From: an uncultured delta proteobacterium
GTDB lineage: Bacteria; Myxococcota_A; Polyangia; Fen-1088
Length of the DNA stretch: 64,000 nt
Assembly (NCBI GenBank): GCA_963796685.1
Contig: CAWCMR010000025.1
Span: 2,016,001 to 2,080,000, forward strand
Reading direction: 5' to 3'
Shown here piece after piece: positions 8,382 through 17,817 of this stretch (the stretch's first letter is position 1; each line of letters starts with the position of its first letter). The position numbers were made by a program, and so were the translations under genes. Below the pieces are notes generated by a model. That model did no database searches. It was not told where the DNA came from and saw only the letters and a list, made by a program, of their open reading frames with translations.

Positions 8382-11300
8382 CTAGAAACGGATCGCCTGC
8401 GCCGTCGAGGCGCGGGCGCGCAACAAGTCGAGCCAGCCGTCGCCCGAGAGGCGGCGGGCCAACTCGACGACGATGTGGCGCGGCCTTGCGTCGGTGTCCA
8501 CATTGCGGCCGAGACCTTGCAGGCACGACGGGCAGTTGGTGAGCAAGGTCGTGCCGCCCTCCGTGCCGAGGATCTCCCGGGTCGCGACGGACTTGCGGTG
8601 GCGCATGGCCTCGGTGATATCCGGGCGCGACAGCGCGAGCGTGCCCGCCTCGGAGCAGCAGTGAGGCACCGCGCGTACGTCGATTCCACAGACCGCGGCC
8701 AGGACTTGAGGGCCGCTGCCATCGAGCGAGTCGTGGCAGGGGGCGTGGTACGCGTAGTCGCCGCCACCGGGCAATCGTAGCCCGCGGTCGGCCGTCCAGC
8801 GCGCGACATCGACCACCGGGCAGCCGAAGATCTTGGCCGCCTCCATGGCGCCCAGGGCCTCGCGACAGGTGCCGCACGTGACCGCGACGGCATCGAAGCG
8901 GAGGTAGGCGAACATCTCGCGGATCTGGGTGAAGAGCAGCGCGCTTCGCAGCACGATCCGGCCGTGGAGGTCGGAGCGGCCGTTGGCGTGGGCCGGGAAC
9001 CCGCAGCAAAGGTAGGGCGGCGGCAGCACGACCCGGGCGCCTGTCTTGGTCAGCACGTGCAGCGCCGCCATCGAGACCGACGAGTAGAGTCGTTCGGAGC
9101 CACAACCCGGAAAATAGAACACGGTGGGGCTCGCCTCGCTCTCGGGCTCGAAGACCAGAGCCTGATCGGACGCGCAAGGGGGCAAGATGTCGCGCAGGGT
9201 GACGGGATCCGGGGCCGGAATGGGCGAGCGCAGAATCGACGCCACATACGAGCCCCTCGCGGCGTCCGCGTCTCCGGTCGGGGGGCCAAGGCGCGCCATC
9301 GAGCGCTGGACCGCCCCCAGCACACCCAGAACGCCGGTGCGAAAGATCGCATTGTAGGTGGGCGACCGGCTTTCCAGGTATCCAAGCGTCGCGCGCGTGG
9401 CCAGGGCGGTGTGCTTGTAGCCGTGCGCGACCAGGATCTCGCGCTCCAGCACCGAGACCTCACCGGTGTCGATGTCCACCGGGCAAGGTTTCTCGCACTT
9501 GTGGCAGATGGTGCAGTGGTCGGCCACCTCTTCGAGGTAGCGCAGAAGCTCGAAGCTCGAGCTGCGCTCGCGTTGGGCCTCGTAGAGCAACGCCTCGATG
9601 AGGGCGCCGATGGCCAGGTTCTTGCCACGCGGATGGTAGAAGAGATTGCGTGCGGGATAGAAGACGCAGCAGTTCGGCTTGCAACGGCCGCAGCGCACGC
9701 ACTGGGCGATGCGCAAGGCCAGCTCCTCGAGCTTGCCGTGCTGGAGGATGCGCGCTTCCAGGCTGAGCAGATTGAACGACGGCGTGAAGATGTGCTCGAT
9801 GGCCGCCAGATCGGAGAGCTTGCCCGGGTTCATGATCCCGGACGGGTCGACCCTGCGCCGGTAGTCTCCGAGCTCGGCGATGATGCTCGGTTCGATGTAG
9901 CGCAGCTTGGTGACGCCGATGCCGTGCTCGCCCGAGCACACCCCGCCGAGCTCGGCGACCTTGTCCATGATCCGATCCACTGCCTGTTGCGCGCGCCTCA
10001 TCATGGCGCGGTCGTTGGACAAGACCGGAATGTTCACGTGCACGTTGCCGTCGCCCGCGTGCATGTGCGTGGCCAGCACGATGAGCCGGCGCCGCTCCTC
10101 GGCGAACGCGACCTCGAGGTCGTCGCCGAGATGCTCGTGGCCGCGAACCAGCTCGCGAAGCTCATCGCGCAGCGCCTTGGCGATGGACAGCGAACGCAGG
10201 CTGCTCGGATCCGCGTCGGCCAAAACGGCGACTGACTGATCGCACTTCGCCCTGGCCTGTTCGATCTTCTCGGCCAGCCATGCGTCGTCCTCGCCACCCG
10301 CTTCGATCTGCAACAGCGTGCGCGCCCTCTCGATGAAGGCGAGCTGGCTTTCGCGCTCCTCTTCCACGTTCACGCCGTCGCAGAAACGCGCCAGCTCGGC
10401 CAGCGCGTCGAGGGGCAGGACGATGTCCTCGTTGAGCTTGAAGGCGTTGGTGCGTGCCGCGATGGCGCCGAGCTTCTTGCGGTCGGCCCAGTAGCGCTTG
10501 GTCTCGGCCTCGCCCTTGGCCTCGAACAGAAACGTGTTCTTGTGGTGCTCGAGGAGGTGGCGGATGCGGGCCACGCCGCGCGCCACCTCGGCCGGCTCGT
10601 GGCCGACGACATCGATCAGCAGCACGGCCTTGGGCGCGTCACCGCGCGGGGCCTTCACCTTGTAGCCGATGGCGCGGACATATTCGTTGTCGAAGTGCTC
10701 GAGCGCTTGCAGGACCTCGTGGCCCTCGTTGGGGAAGCCGCGCGACAGCTCGACGATGACCTTGCTGGCCTCGTCCATGTCCGGGCCGAAGAACTCCAGG
10801 CACAGCGTGGCCGCAGCCTCGTACTTCGGGTACAGGACGAAACGGGCCGAGGTGATGACGCCGTCGGTCCCCTCTTTCTGAAGACCGGGCACTCCCCCGA
10901 GGGTCTTGTTGGTGATGTCCTTCCACAGACCGCGCCGTCGGATCTCGCCGCCCTTGAGCGCAAGGGTGTCTGCGACCTTGCCGTCGCCGTCGAGGATTTC
11001 GAAGAGGACCTCGTCGCCAGGCAGGATCTTGCGCAGCGGGTGGCCCCTGCGCCGGACGGTCACGCGCTTGCCGCCCGGCATGGCGATGTCGTAGGACAGC
11101 AAGTTGTCGATGCACGTGCCCCACAGCACCGCCGTCTTGCCGCCGGCGTTTTCGGCGATGTTGCCGCCGATGGTGCAGGCCCACGCGCTCGTCGGATCGG
11201 TGGCGAACACCAGGCCGCGCGCCGCCGCAAACTCGATGGCCTGCTCGGTGACCACGCCGGCCTCTACATCGATGACGTTGGCCTTGGCTGTCGCGCCTGA

Positions 11301-12005
11301 GGCCAGGCGAAACGCTCGCTCGTCGATGCCGCGGATCCGACACAGCTTCTCGGTGTTGACGATGATGCAGCCCGGACGCAGAGGCACGGCGCCACCCGTC
11401 AGCCCCGTGCCGGCACCGCGCGGAATGGCGAACAGGCCCAGCCCGGCGATGGCCGCCAGCAGCGGCGCCACCTCCGCCTCTTCGCGGGGCATGGCCACCG
11501 CGACCGGCAGGTGCAGGCGCCAGTCGGTCGCGTCCGTGGCGTGCGACACGAGGGTATAGGGATCGAACAGCACGTTGGCCTTGCCGACGACGGCGCCGAG
11601 CGCGGCCGCGATACGCTGGCGCTCCGCGGGCGCCTGCGTGATCTCGCGCTTGATAGCGGCCAGCAGGCCGCGGCAGGCCCCGATGACCTCGCCGACCAGG
11701 GCCTCGCCCCCCGCGTTGGCCTCGACGATGCCGAGGTCGGTCTCGAGGTTGCGCAAGAATCTACGGCGGCGTTTTCGATCGTCGATCAGCTCCTGGTACA
11801 GGTAGGCGTTGCGCCGGTGGATGAGAACTTCGCCGAAGAAACGCATCAGCAAACGCGCCGAGCGACCGGTGACCCTGCGCTCGCGCAGCCGTTCGAGCTT
11901 GCGCCAGATGTCGTCGCCGAGCAGCTGCGACACGGCCTGCCGATCGTCGGCCGACGTGTAGTTGAAAGGGATCTCTCGTGGGGACTCGGGGCTGGGCTGG
12001 CGCAT
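8382..12005 (-). CDS. FAD-linked oxidase / Fe-S oxidoreductase (GlcD-GlcF-like fusion, DUF3683/DUF3400 type)
   Basis: REIPFNYTS N-terminus; PRGAGTGLTGG, HAGDGNVH and GEHGIG motifs; CVRCGRC, CTICHKC and CCG motifs; start placed at ATG 12005. Confidence 0.88.
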   Translation of the reverse strand: MRQPSPESPREIPFNYTSADDRQAVSQLLGDDIWRKLERLRERRVTGRSARLLMRFFGEVLIHRRNAYLYQELIDDRKRRRRFLRNLETDLGIVEANAGGEALVGEVIGACRGLLAAIKREITQAPAERQRIAAALGAVVGKANVLFDPYTLVSHATDATDWRLHLPVAVAMPREEAEVAPLLAAIAGLGLFAIPRGAGTGLTGGAVPLRPGCIIVNTEKLCRIRGIDERAFRLASGATAKANVIDVEAGVVTEQAIEFAAARGLVFATDPTSAWACTIGGNIAENAGGKTAVLWGTCIDNLLSYDIAMPGGKRVTVRRRGHPLRKILPGDEVLFEILDGDGKVADTLALKGGEIRRRGLWKDITNKTLGGVPGLQKEGTDGVITSARFVLYPKYEAAATLCLEFFGPDMDEASKVIVELSRGFPNEGHEVLQALEHFDNEYVRAIGYKVKAPRGDAPKAVLLIDVVGHEPAEVARGVARIRHLLEHHKNTFLFEAKGEAETKRYWADRKKLGAIAARTNAFKLNEDIVLPLDALAELARFCDGVNVEEERESQLAFIERARTLLQIEAGGEDDAWLAEKIEQARAKCDQSVAVLADADPSSLRSLSIAKALRDELRELVRGHEHLGDDLEVAFAEERRRLIVLATHMHAGDGNVHVNIPVLSNDRAMMRRAQQAVDRIMDKVAELGGVCSGEHGIGVTKLRYIEPSIIAELGDYRRRVDPSGIMNPGKLSDLAAIEHIFTPSFNLLSLEARILQHGKLEELALRIAQCVRCGRCKPNCCVFYPARNLFYHPRGKNLAIGALIEALLYEAQRERSSSFELLRYLEEVADHCTICHKCEKPCPVDIDTGEVSVLEREILVAHGYKHTALATRATLGYLESRSPTYNAIFRTGVLGVLGAVQRSMARLGPPTGDADAARGSYVASILRSPIPAPDPVTLRDILPPCASDQALVFEPESEASPTVFYFPGCGSERLYSSVSMAALHVLTKTGARVVLPPPYLCCGFPAHANGRSDLHGRIVLRSALLFTQIREMFAYLRFDAVAVTCGTCREALGAMEAAKIFGCPVVDVARWTADRGLRLPGGGDYAYHAPCHDSLDGSGPQVLAAVCGIDVRAVPHCCSEAGTLALSRPDITEAMRHRKSVATREILGTEGGTTLLTNCPSCLQGLGRNVDTDARPRHIVVELARRLSGDGWLDLLRARASTAQAIRF

Positions 12006-12205
12006 GCGCGATGGTGCCCAAGTTGTAGCAGATCGGCCAAGGTCAAGTGGGGCGACGACCCGCTCCGCGCCCACTTCCATGGCGACATCGTGTGGGCCTG
12101 GTTCGAAGCCGCCTCGAGCATCACCATGCACTTTGCCCGCGTGCACGCGGGAGGCACCTACACAGCTGGGTTGCCGAACGCCCTGGTGGTGCTACATAGA
12201 CAGGC

Positions 12206-12718
12206 GTGACGTCCATCCATCAGAAGACCAGTACGACGCATGCGCTCCTCGTCGCGGCACTCAGTGGATTCTTGTCCGTCGCTGCCGCATGTGGCGGCAA
12301 GGGGCCAGCGCCCGGCCCCACGGTCCCCACGTCGCCGGCTGGCGCGAACGCCGCGGATGCGGACAATGGTGCGCTCTACGACTCGGCGGCCGGTGCGTTC
12401 TCCGCCGATTCCGGCGCCTTGGTCGCGAGCTCCTCGGACACCCCGGCGAACCCGCATACACCAATCCCCGCGACCAAGTGTGCTTCCGGTCAGGTGCCCA
12501 ATCCGGAAGTGACCTCGACCGTGGTTGGCGCCCTCACCCAAGACGAGTTTGCGTCGCGGTGTGCTGCTCTCGACGGCATTTTCGAGATTCAGCCCCTGTG
12601 CGGCGGCTCCAATTCGTGCCGTGGCATGTCCTACGACTCTGGCTCGCAAACCTTGACCGAGCACTCGTGCCAGGCGACCAACACCTGCGCGGGTTATAGC
12701 TGCGTCGTGTGCGGCTGA
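12206..12718 (+). CDS. Cys-rich lipoprotein, candidate bufferin-like MNIO precursor
   Basis: Signal ALLVAALSGFLSVAAAC (lipobox); C-terminal CGGSNSCRG and CQATNTCAG motifs; adjacent to DUF692/DUF2063. Confidence 0.7.
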   Translation: MTSIHQKTSTTHALLVAALSGFLSVAAACGGKGPAPGPTVPTSPAGANAADADNGALYDSAAGAFSADSGALVASSSDTPANPHTPIPATKCASGQVPNPEVTSTVVGALTQDEFASRCAALDGIFEIQPLCGGSNSCRGMSYDSGSQTLTEHSCQATNTCAGYSCVVCG

Positions 12719-13593
12719 GCGTCCTCGTCGACATCACCGTCGCGGCGAAGCGTGCACCAGAAGCCGAGCTGGATGCTACGCGCGAGCCAAACGCGTACCT
12801 GCTCCGGCAAATTCCCTCGTTCCTGCACCGGGCAGGAGCTTTCGAGGCGCTCGAGCGCCTCGCCCACGGCGTGTTTCCCCAGCAGCATGATCAGCTCGGC
12901 CTCGCGAGCCTCGAGCGGGATGTGCGCGATGCCCGCTTCGCGCCGGACGATCGCCCAGGCCTGCGGTCGTGCGAGAAGTGGGGGCAACTCGGCGGTAGCG
13001 CGGTTCGATGACCCGAGCAGCGTGGTGCGGAGCGCGAGCAGCGCACGGTGCTCCTCGACGAGACGCAACGCCGGGTGGGCCGCCAGGTGCCCGCCAAGCA
13101 GGTCGGCCGCCTCGCTTGCCGATGGCCGATACGGCGGCAAGCTCGCCGCGCGAAACACCTCCCGATACGCGGCGTCGATACGCACGCTTTCGATCAGAGC
13201 GAGGCGCAGAGCGGGTTCGCTCTCGCCCAGTGCGTCCTCGAAAAATGCCGGGAAACCATCGGCGATCTGTTCGATGTCCCAGCCGCGCGGCGGGTGCGCG
13301 AGCAGGTACTTGGAGGCCACCGCATTGAGCTCCCAATAGCCCATCAGGCGCGCAGTGAGCGGAAATCCCGAATGCAGCACACTCAACAATCGAAACCAAT
13401 ACTGCCGATTGTAGACCGCGAGTCGTTCAGCTCCGCTGACCAGGGGGCCGTCCAGCGCTTGGGCGCATAGATGCGGGTCATACTGGGCGACCGCGGCGGT
13501 GAGTGTACCGCTCGCACGATCGAGTGGCGTTCGCAGCATGGTGCCGAACGCCGCTTGGAAGTCGGCGAGCCAACCGGGCGCGGGTCGGCTCAT
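12694..13593 (-). CDS. MNIO partner protein (DUF2063; HvfC/BufC-like)
   Basis: LADFQAAF, ERLAVYNRQYWFRL and FPLTARLMG motifs; ATG overlaps the DUF692 stop (TGATG). Confidence 0.85.
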   Translation of the reverse strand: MSRPAPGWLADFQAAFGTMLRTPLDRASGTLTAAVAQYDPHLCAQALDGPLVSGAERLAVYNRQYWFRLLSVLHSGFPLTARLMGYWELNAVASKYLLAHPPRGWDIEQIADGFPAFFEDALGESEPALRLALIESVRIDAAYREVFRAASLPPYRPSASEAADLLGGHLAAHPALRLVEEHRALLALRTTLLGSSNRATAELPPLLARPQAWAIVRREAGIAHIPLEAREAELIMLLGKHAVGEALERLESSCPVQERGNLPEQVRVWLARSIQLGFWCTLRRDGDVDEDAQPHTTQL

Positions 13594-14444
13594 CACCGCG
13601 CCTCCCGCGCCTTTTCCAGCTCCAGCAACGCCTCGGGCAGCGGTGGGATGCGGGCGTCCCACTCGAGCAACGTGGGGAAGGGACCGCCCAGGCGCCAGGC
13701 GCGCGCGTACAGCTCCCAAACCGGGTTCGCCACGGGGTGGTCGTGCGTGTCGACCACCGTCCCGTTCGGTTCGCGCGTGTGGCCCGCCAGATGCACCTCC
13801 AGCACGCGCGAAAAGTCGATCGCCGCGAGATAGACGTCTGCATCGAAGCCGTGGTTCTGGCTGGAGACATACACGTTGTTGATGTCGAACAGAGACCAGC
13901 AGCCCGACTCGCGCACCACGGCGGTATAGAACTCCCACTCGCTGAGGGTGGAAGAGCGGAGCTCGACGTAGCTCGACAGGTTCTCGATGGCGAAGGGCCT
14001 GCCGAGTCGGCGCTGCACCTCGCATGCGCGCTCGGCCGCCAGCTCGACCAACTCCGGGACGTACGGCGCCGGCAACAGATCGTGGTGGCTTACGCCGTGG
14101 GCGCCGGTCCAGCACAGGTGGTCGCTGACGAACGGCGCGTCCACGGCGTCCGCCAAGCGAGACAGTACCTCGAGGTACCGGTTGTCGAGTGGCGCGTGGC
14201 CGAGCAGGTTCAGGCCTACGCCGTGTAGAACGATGGGGTAGCTTGCCCGCACGCGTTCGAGGCGCGCGCGCGGCGTGGGCGCGGGACCGAGAAAATTCTC
14301 GCTGATGACCTCGAAGTAATCCACCTGCGGCCTGTGCTCGAGGACGTATTCGTAGTGTGGCACGCGCAGTCCTAGCCCGAGGGCCTCGGGCGCGAGCCCA
14401 CGCGCTCGGCGCAGGCTTTCTGCTTGTTCAGGGGAAAACGCCAT
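13593..14444 (-). CDS. Multinuclear non-heme iron-dependent oxidase (MNIO, DUF692/UPF0276)
   Basis: GLGLRVPHY, EVISENF, HGVGLNL, SDHLCW, IENLSSY, DINNVYV, EVHLAGH, DTHD and LLEWD motifs. Confidence 0.95.
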   Translation of the reverse strand: MAFSPEQAESLRRARGLAPEALGLGLRVPHYEYVLEHRPQVDYFEVISENFLGPAPTPRARLERVRASYPIVLHGVGLNLLGHAPLDNRYLEVLSRLADAVDAPFVSDHLCWTGAHGVSHHDLLPAPYVPELVELAAERACEVQRRLGRPFAIENLSSYVELRSSTLSEWEFYTAVVRESGCWSLFDINNVYVSSQNHGFDADVYLAAIDFSRVLEVHLAGHTREPNGTVVDTHDHPVANPVWELYARAWRLGGPFPTLLEWDARIPPLPEALLELEKAREAR

Positions 14445-14736
14445 GCCCTTGACCGTAGCACCGGTTTGGGCCTCAGGTCGTCGCTAGGTGTTCGGAGGAC
14501 GGAACCCGTCCGTCCTGCCCGCGAAGTAACGCTCCGCGAGTGTCGCTGGGGACACGTGTCGCGCGTGCCGCTCATGATGTTCGGTTTGCCCTCTGGTTGT
14601 TAGGCATGAAGCAAGGCTAGCATTGTACCCAAGAGGCTGCCCGGAAGCCCGCGGCCAACGGCCCGCGAGCCGGCGCGTCGATCTTGGCGAAGGCTCAGTC
14701 AACTCCAGAAGCGAAGCCCCTCATGAAGCAAGGAAT

Positions 14737-16455
14737 TCACTGCAGCCCAGCCGTCCTCCCAGGCCGGAGCAGCAAGATCTTGGCGAACTCGTTTTCGTGG
14801 ACAACGGGCAGCGCGCTGACCTTTTGGCGAGAAACGATCCAGTAGCTCAAGCCGAACCGAGCGCCGAGCTCGAGTGCGCGGTGGTCGTCCAGCTTGGCGA
14901 AGGCTTGTGAGGAGGCGACCATCAATCGCGGAAAGGCCAGCTGCGGGTCCATCGGGTCGACCCCCAGCGCCCGAAGCCGCTTGACCCAATCACGCGCAAA
15001 GGGTTGGTAGATGAGCATGCCCGAGCCCTCTTTCCAGGTTACGAAGGAGCTGCGACGCGAGAGCATGCGGAACGCAGCCCACGAAGGGTCTGTGAGAAAG
15101 CCGGCGTCGACCGGAGTCTGGCTGGCAACCCACTGCGTGAGTTGAACCTCAGCCTGGCTGCGCATCTGGAAGGGTGCGTGGGGGGCGGAATGTGACAACA
15201 ACAGCCAGCCCGAGAAGGCCGTGAGTATCCACAGCGGAAGCACCAGTGGTGCGAAGTGAATCAGCCACGGTCGACGCAATCGTCCCCCGATCGCGAGAGC
15301 CAGCCATGCGGGCATTGCCAGGGCTAGCAGCGCGACCTGAAGACCGTGAAAAGTCCAAAGGAGAAAGACACCGGTCAGGGCCACAGCCCCAAGCCCGAGC
15401 GCCCAGCCATTTTGGGCGTACTTCTCCAAGGTCACGACCACGGTTGCGGTGACAAACACCGCGGCCACCGGCGTCCACAGGTCACTGGAACGCGCGAACT
15501 GCAGGTTGATGCAGCCGGCGCTGCCAAGCACCTCGACGGCCACGGCGGCTCCCAGCAGGACCCAATGACCCAAGGTAAGGCCCAGCACCAACCTTGCCGC
15601 GCCCTTGCCGAGGATCGCCACGCGAATACACAGCAGCACGGCGGCACCCGCCAGGCTGGCGAGAATCCACTCCCGCAACGTCCAGCTGGATGGCAGGTAA
15701 TGCTGGGGCACGTACAGCGAGAGCAGACGCAGGTAGGTCTCTGGCTTGATGCGCGGCTGCCGCATGGTTTGCGCGGCCAGGACAATCGCGGGGCTCATGA
15801 TCAGAAAGGCGACCAGCCACGCACGTCGGCGCTTCAGCGTCGAGCGAGCCTCGGGAGATGCGATGGCGACCGCGGCCATCATGATTGCTCCGTGCATCGC
15901 GTGCATGATATTGGCAATCCCGACCACCCCGAAGAAGACTCCGGTGTGGAGCGGCTTGCCCTCGAGAACGAAGCTCAGACACAGGAGGTAGCTCGCCACC
16001 GCCAAGCTCGTGTGTTCGAAGTTGCGGGGCAGCACGGTCCCCCAGCCAAGCAGGGGAGACATGCCGAACGCGAAGAGACACCACACCACAGCTTCGGTCG
16101 TGCGACTTTCGCCGGCCAGGGTTCGCGCGAGTCGTCCGGCCCCGTACAGACAATACCCTCGCTGAAGAACCGTCAGCAGAACCAGCAGTGGCGCTTCTGG
16201 AATGAAGCGAAACGGGACCCACAGGATCCGCCAGAGCAATCCGGGGTAGTGAGACATCGCCGCCATGAATGGGTCGCCCGGGTACAAGCTCGGGTCGTTG
16301 GCGATCTGCACGAGCGGGATGTGTTGCTCGTTGTTGGTGTCGTAGATGGCCAAGCCAAGCAAGTGGAAACTCGCCAGGAGAGCGACGAGCTTCACGCCGT
16401 TGCGGACCCAGCGGGCTGACGACGAGGTAGGCGTGATTCCCAAAGCGGGTGCCAT
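14737..16455 (-). CDS. Polytopic membrane protein (DUF6798-like, possible GT-C glycosyltransferase)
   Basis: Many TM helices; DPSLYPGDPF, PQHYLPSSW and FRMLSRRSSFVTWKEG motifs; start uncertain. Confidence 0.65.
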   Translation of the reverse strand: MAPALGITPTSSSARWVRNGVKLVALLASFHLLGLAIYDTNNEQHIPLVQIANDPSLYPGDPFMAAMSHYPGLLWRILWVPFRFIPEAPLLVLLTVLQRGYCLYGAGRLARTLAGESRTTEAVVWCLFAFGMSPLLGWGTVLPRNFEHTSLAVASYLLCLSFVLEGKPLHTGVFFGVVGIANIMHAMHGAIMMAAVAIASPEARSTLKRRRAWLVAFLIMSPAIVLAAQTMRQPRIKPETYLRLLSLYVPQHYLPSSWTLREWILASLAGAAVLLCIRVAILGKGAARLVLGLTLGHWVLLGAAVAVEVLGSAGCINLQFARSSDLWTPVAAVFVTATVVVTLEKYAQNGWALGLGAVALTGVFLLWTFHGLQVALLALAMPAWLALAIGGRLRRPWLIHFAPLVLPLWILTAFSGWLLLSHSAPHAPFQMRSQAEVQLTQWVASQTPVDAGFLTDPSWAAFRMLSRRSSFVTWKEGSGMLIYQPFARDWVKRLRALGVDPMDPQLAFPRLMVASSQAFAKLDDHRALELGARFGLSYWIVSRQKVSALPVVHENEFAKILLLRPGRTAGLQ

Positions 16456-16689
16456 CTTCGCCCATTTTCGCGCAGGAGATGCACTTGTCTTCGACGCCAC
16501 GTCGAAGGCGCAAAATCGACCGACGAGGTACCATCCGACCAAGGGGTGGCGTCCAGCGGGATCCTGTTGGGTTTGCGCCTGGAAACGGCTGCGTAAGAGC
16601 GCTCGGCGTGGCGCAGAAGGGCCTCGGGCTGCCGGGATGCGCAGCATGTAGGACTCCCGCACCGGTGCTGTTTTCGTTCAGAGCTCCGA

Positions 16690-17493
16690 TCAGTTGGCGG
16701 TCAAGGAAAAACCATTGACCTGGAAGGTGGCGTCCGCGCCGTCTGTCGACACGATCTCGACACCGTAATCGATGGCACCGACCGTAGAGGTGGCCGGGAT
16801 CCAGCCCTTCGCGATGATGTAGGTGAAGAACGATAGCAGGTTCACGGTCCCGGACGCCAGGTTGGTGACCTCCACGAATGCGATGTAGCTGCCACTCTTG
16901 TAGACCTGATAGCTTTCACCGTCGAAGACCACGGTGTCGAGCACCGTCCCTGATGGCACCTGGTGGTAATTGTCGGTCCAGATCATCACCTCGGTGGCGC
17001 CCGTGGTGGCGACACCGTTCAGCCAGATGTCGTAAGCAAATTCGTAAATCCCGACGTGCGGCGCGGTGTGGGCAAAGCTGCTCCAAAGGGTGCTGAAGGA
17101 GTTGATGAGGGGAGCGCCGTTGAAATCCTTGTGCACGTTGGGATACGTCTTCACGGCGCCATCGCCGGTGACGTTGTCCATGCTTGCGACCACGTACCAG
17201 TTGTCGTAGTTGCATACGTACAGGGTTTGCGTTACCTCGTAGCTCGCCGCATTCCAGGTGTCCGTATCGACGTAGAAGCCACCGAGCGTGATGCCGTCTT
17301 GGGGGTTCCCCGGATTCAATGGCAAGATGTGGGAAGGATTCGTGCAGGTCTGCGCCACCGTGCTGGCGCCGCCCTCTACCGGCAACGTCGTCTGGGTCCC
17401 GCTGCAGCCCGAGAACGCAACGAGAGCCGCCCCGATCAGCGCCGCGCGGTGTTTCCGCAAGGTGGAGATCGTGGCGGCTTGCTTCATGGTCAT
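16690..17493 (-). CDS. Glycoside hydrolase family 12 endoglucanase, lipoprotein
   Basis: VKTYPN, AYDIWL, EVMIW (nucleophile Glu) and GVEI (acid/base Glu); lipobox FSGC. Confidence 0.8.
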   Translation of the reverse strand: MTMKQAATISTLRKHRAALIGAALVAFSGCSGTQTTLPVEGGASTVAQTCTNPSHILPLNPGNPQDGITLGGFYVDTDTWNAASYEVTQTLYVCNYDNWYVVASMDNVTGDGAVKTYPNVHKDFNGAPLINSFSTLWSSFAHTAPHVGIYEFAYDIWLNGVATTGATEVMIWTDNYHQVPSGTVLDTVVFDGESYQVYKSGSYIAFVEVTNLASGTVNLLSFFTYIIAKGWIPATSTVGAIDYGVEIVSTDGADATFQVNGFSLTAN

Positions 17494-17588
17494 CCCGAAG
17501 ATGTTAATCCCAGCATGGCAGCACGTCGAGACGAGGCTACCGGCGTGTGGCTACCGGCGACGACACGGATCGGTTGCCGGTCGGGCGG

Positions 17589-17774
17589 CTATTTTCCCCC
17601 TTTCCACTGGCGCAACCGGGCGGCCTCGTCGTGAAGCTGCCCCCACACCCGTTCGGATTGCCGCCGTAGTCGCTGCTCGTGGCGCCGTTCGTAGGCCAGA
17701 GCTTCGCGCTCCAGCTTCTGGTAGTGCTCGAGGCGCTCGGCTGCAAGGACGCCAGCCGCGATGGCTGGGCTCAT
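17589..17774 (-). pseudogene. C-terminal remnant resembling RsgA (ribosome small subunit-dependent GTPase)
   Basis: AIAAGVLAAERLEHYQKLEREALAYERR matches the helical tail after the RsgA Zn finger; GTPase domain absent. Confidence 0.5.
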
Positions 17775-17817
17775 GCAAGGCGAGTCAACTCTTGCAAAAG
17801 AGACAAAAGAGAATCGA

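Noticed and set aside
12716-12760. Selenocysteine read-through of the TGA ending the MNIO precursor (VVCG-TGA)
   Set aside because: Downstream sequence is the antisense of the DUF2063 gene; no convincing SECIS hairpin
14540-14600. Minus-strand GAGGGCAAACC resembling a c-di-GMP-I riboswitch upstream of the MNIO gene
   Set aside because: No GNRA tetraloop and no GGACGCAAAGC/P2 elements follow
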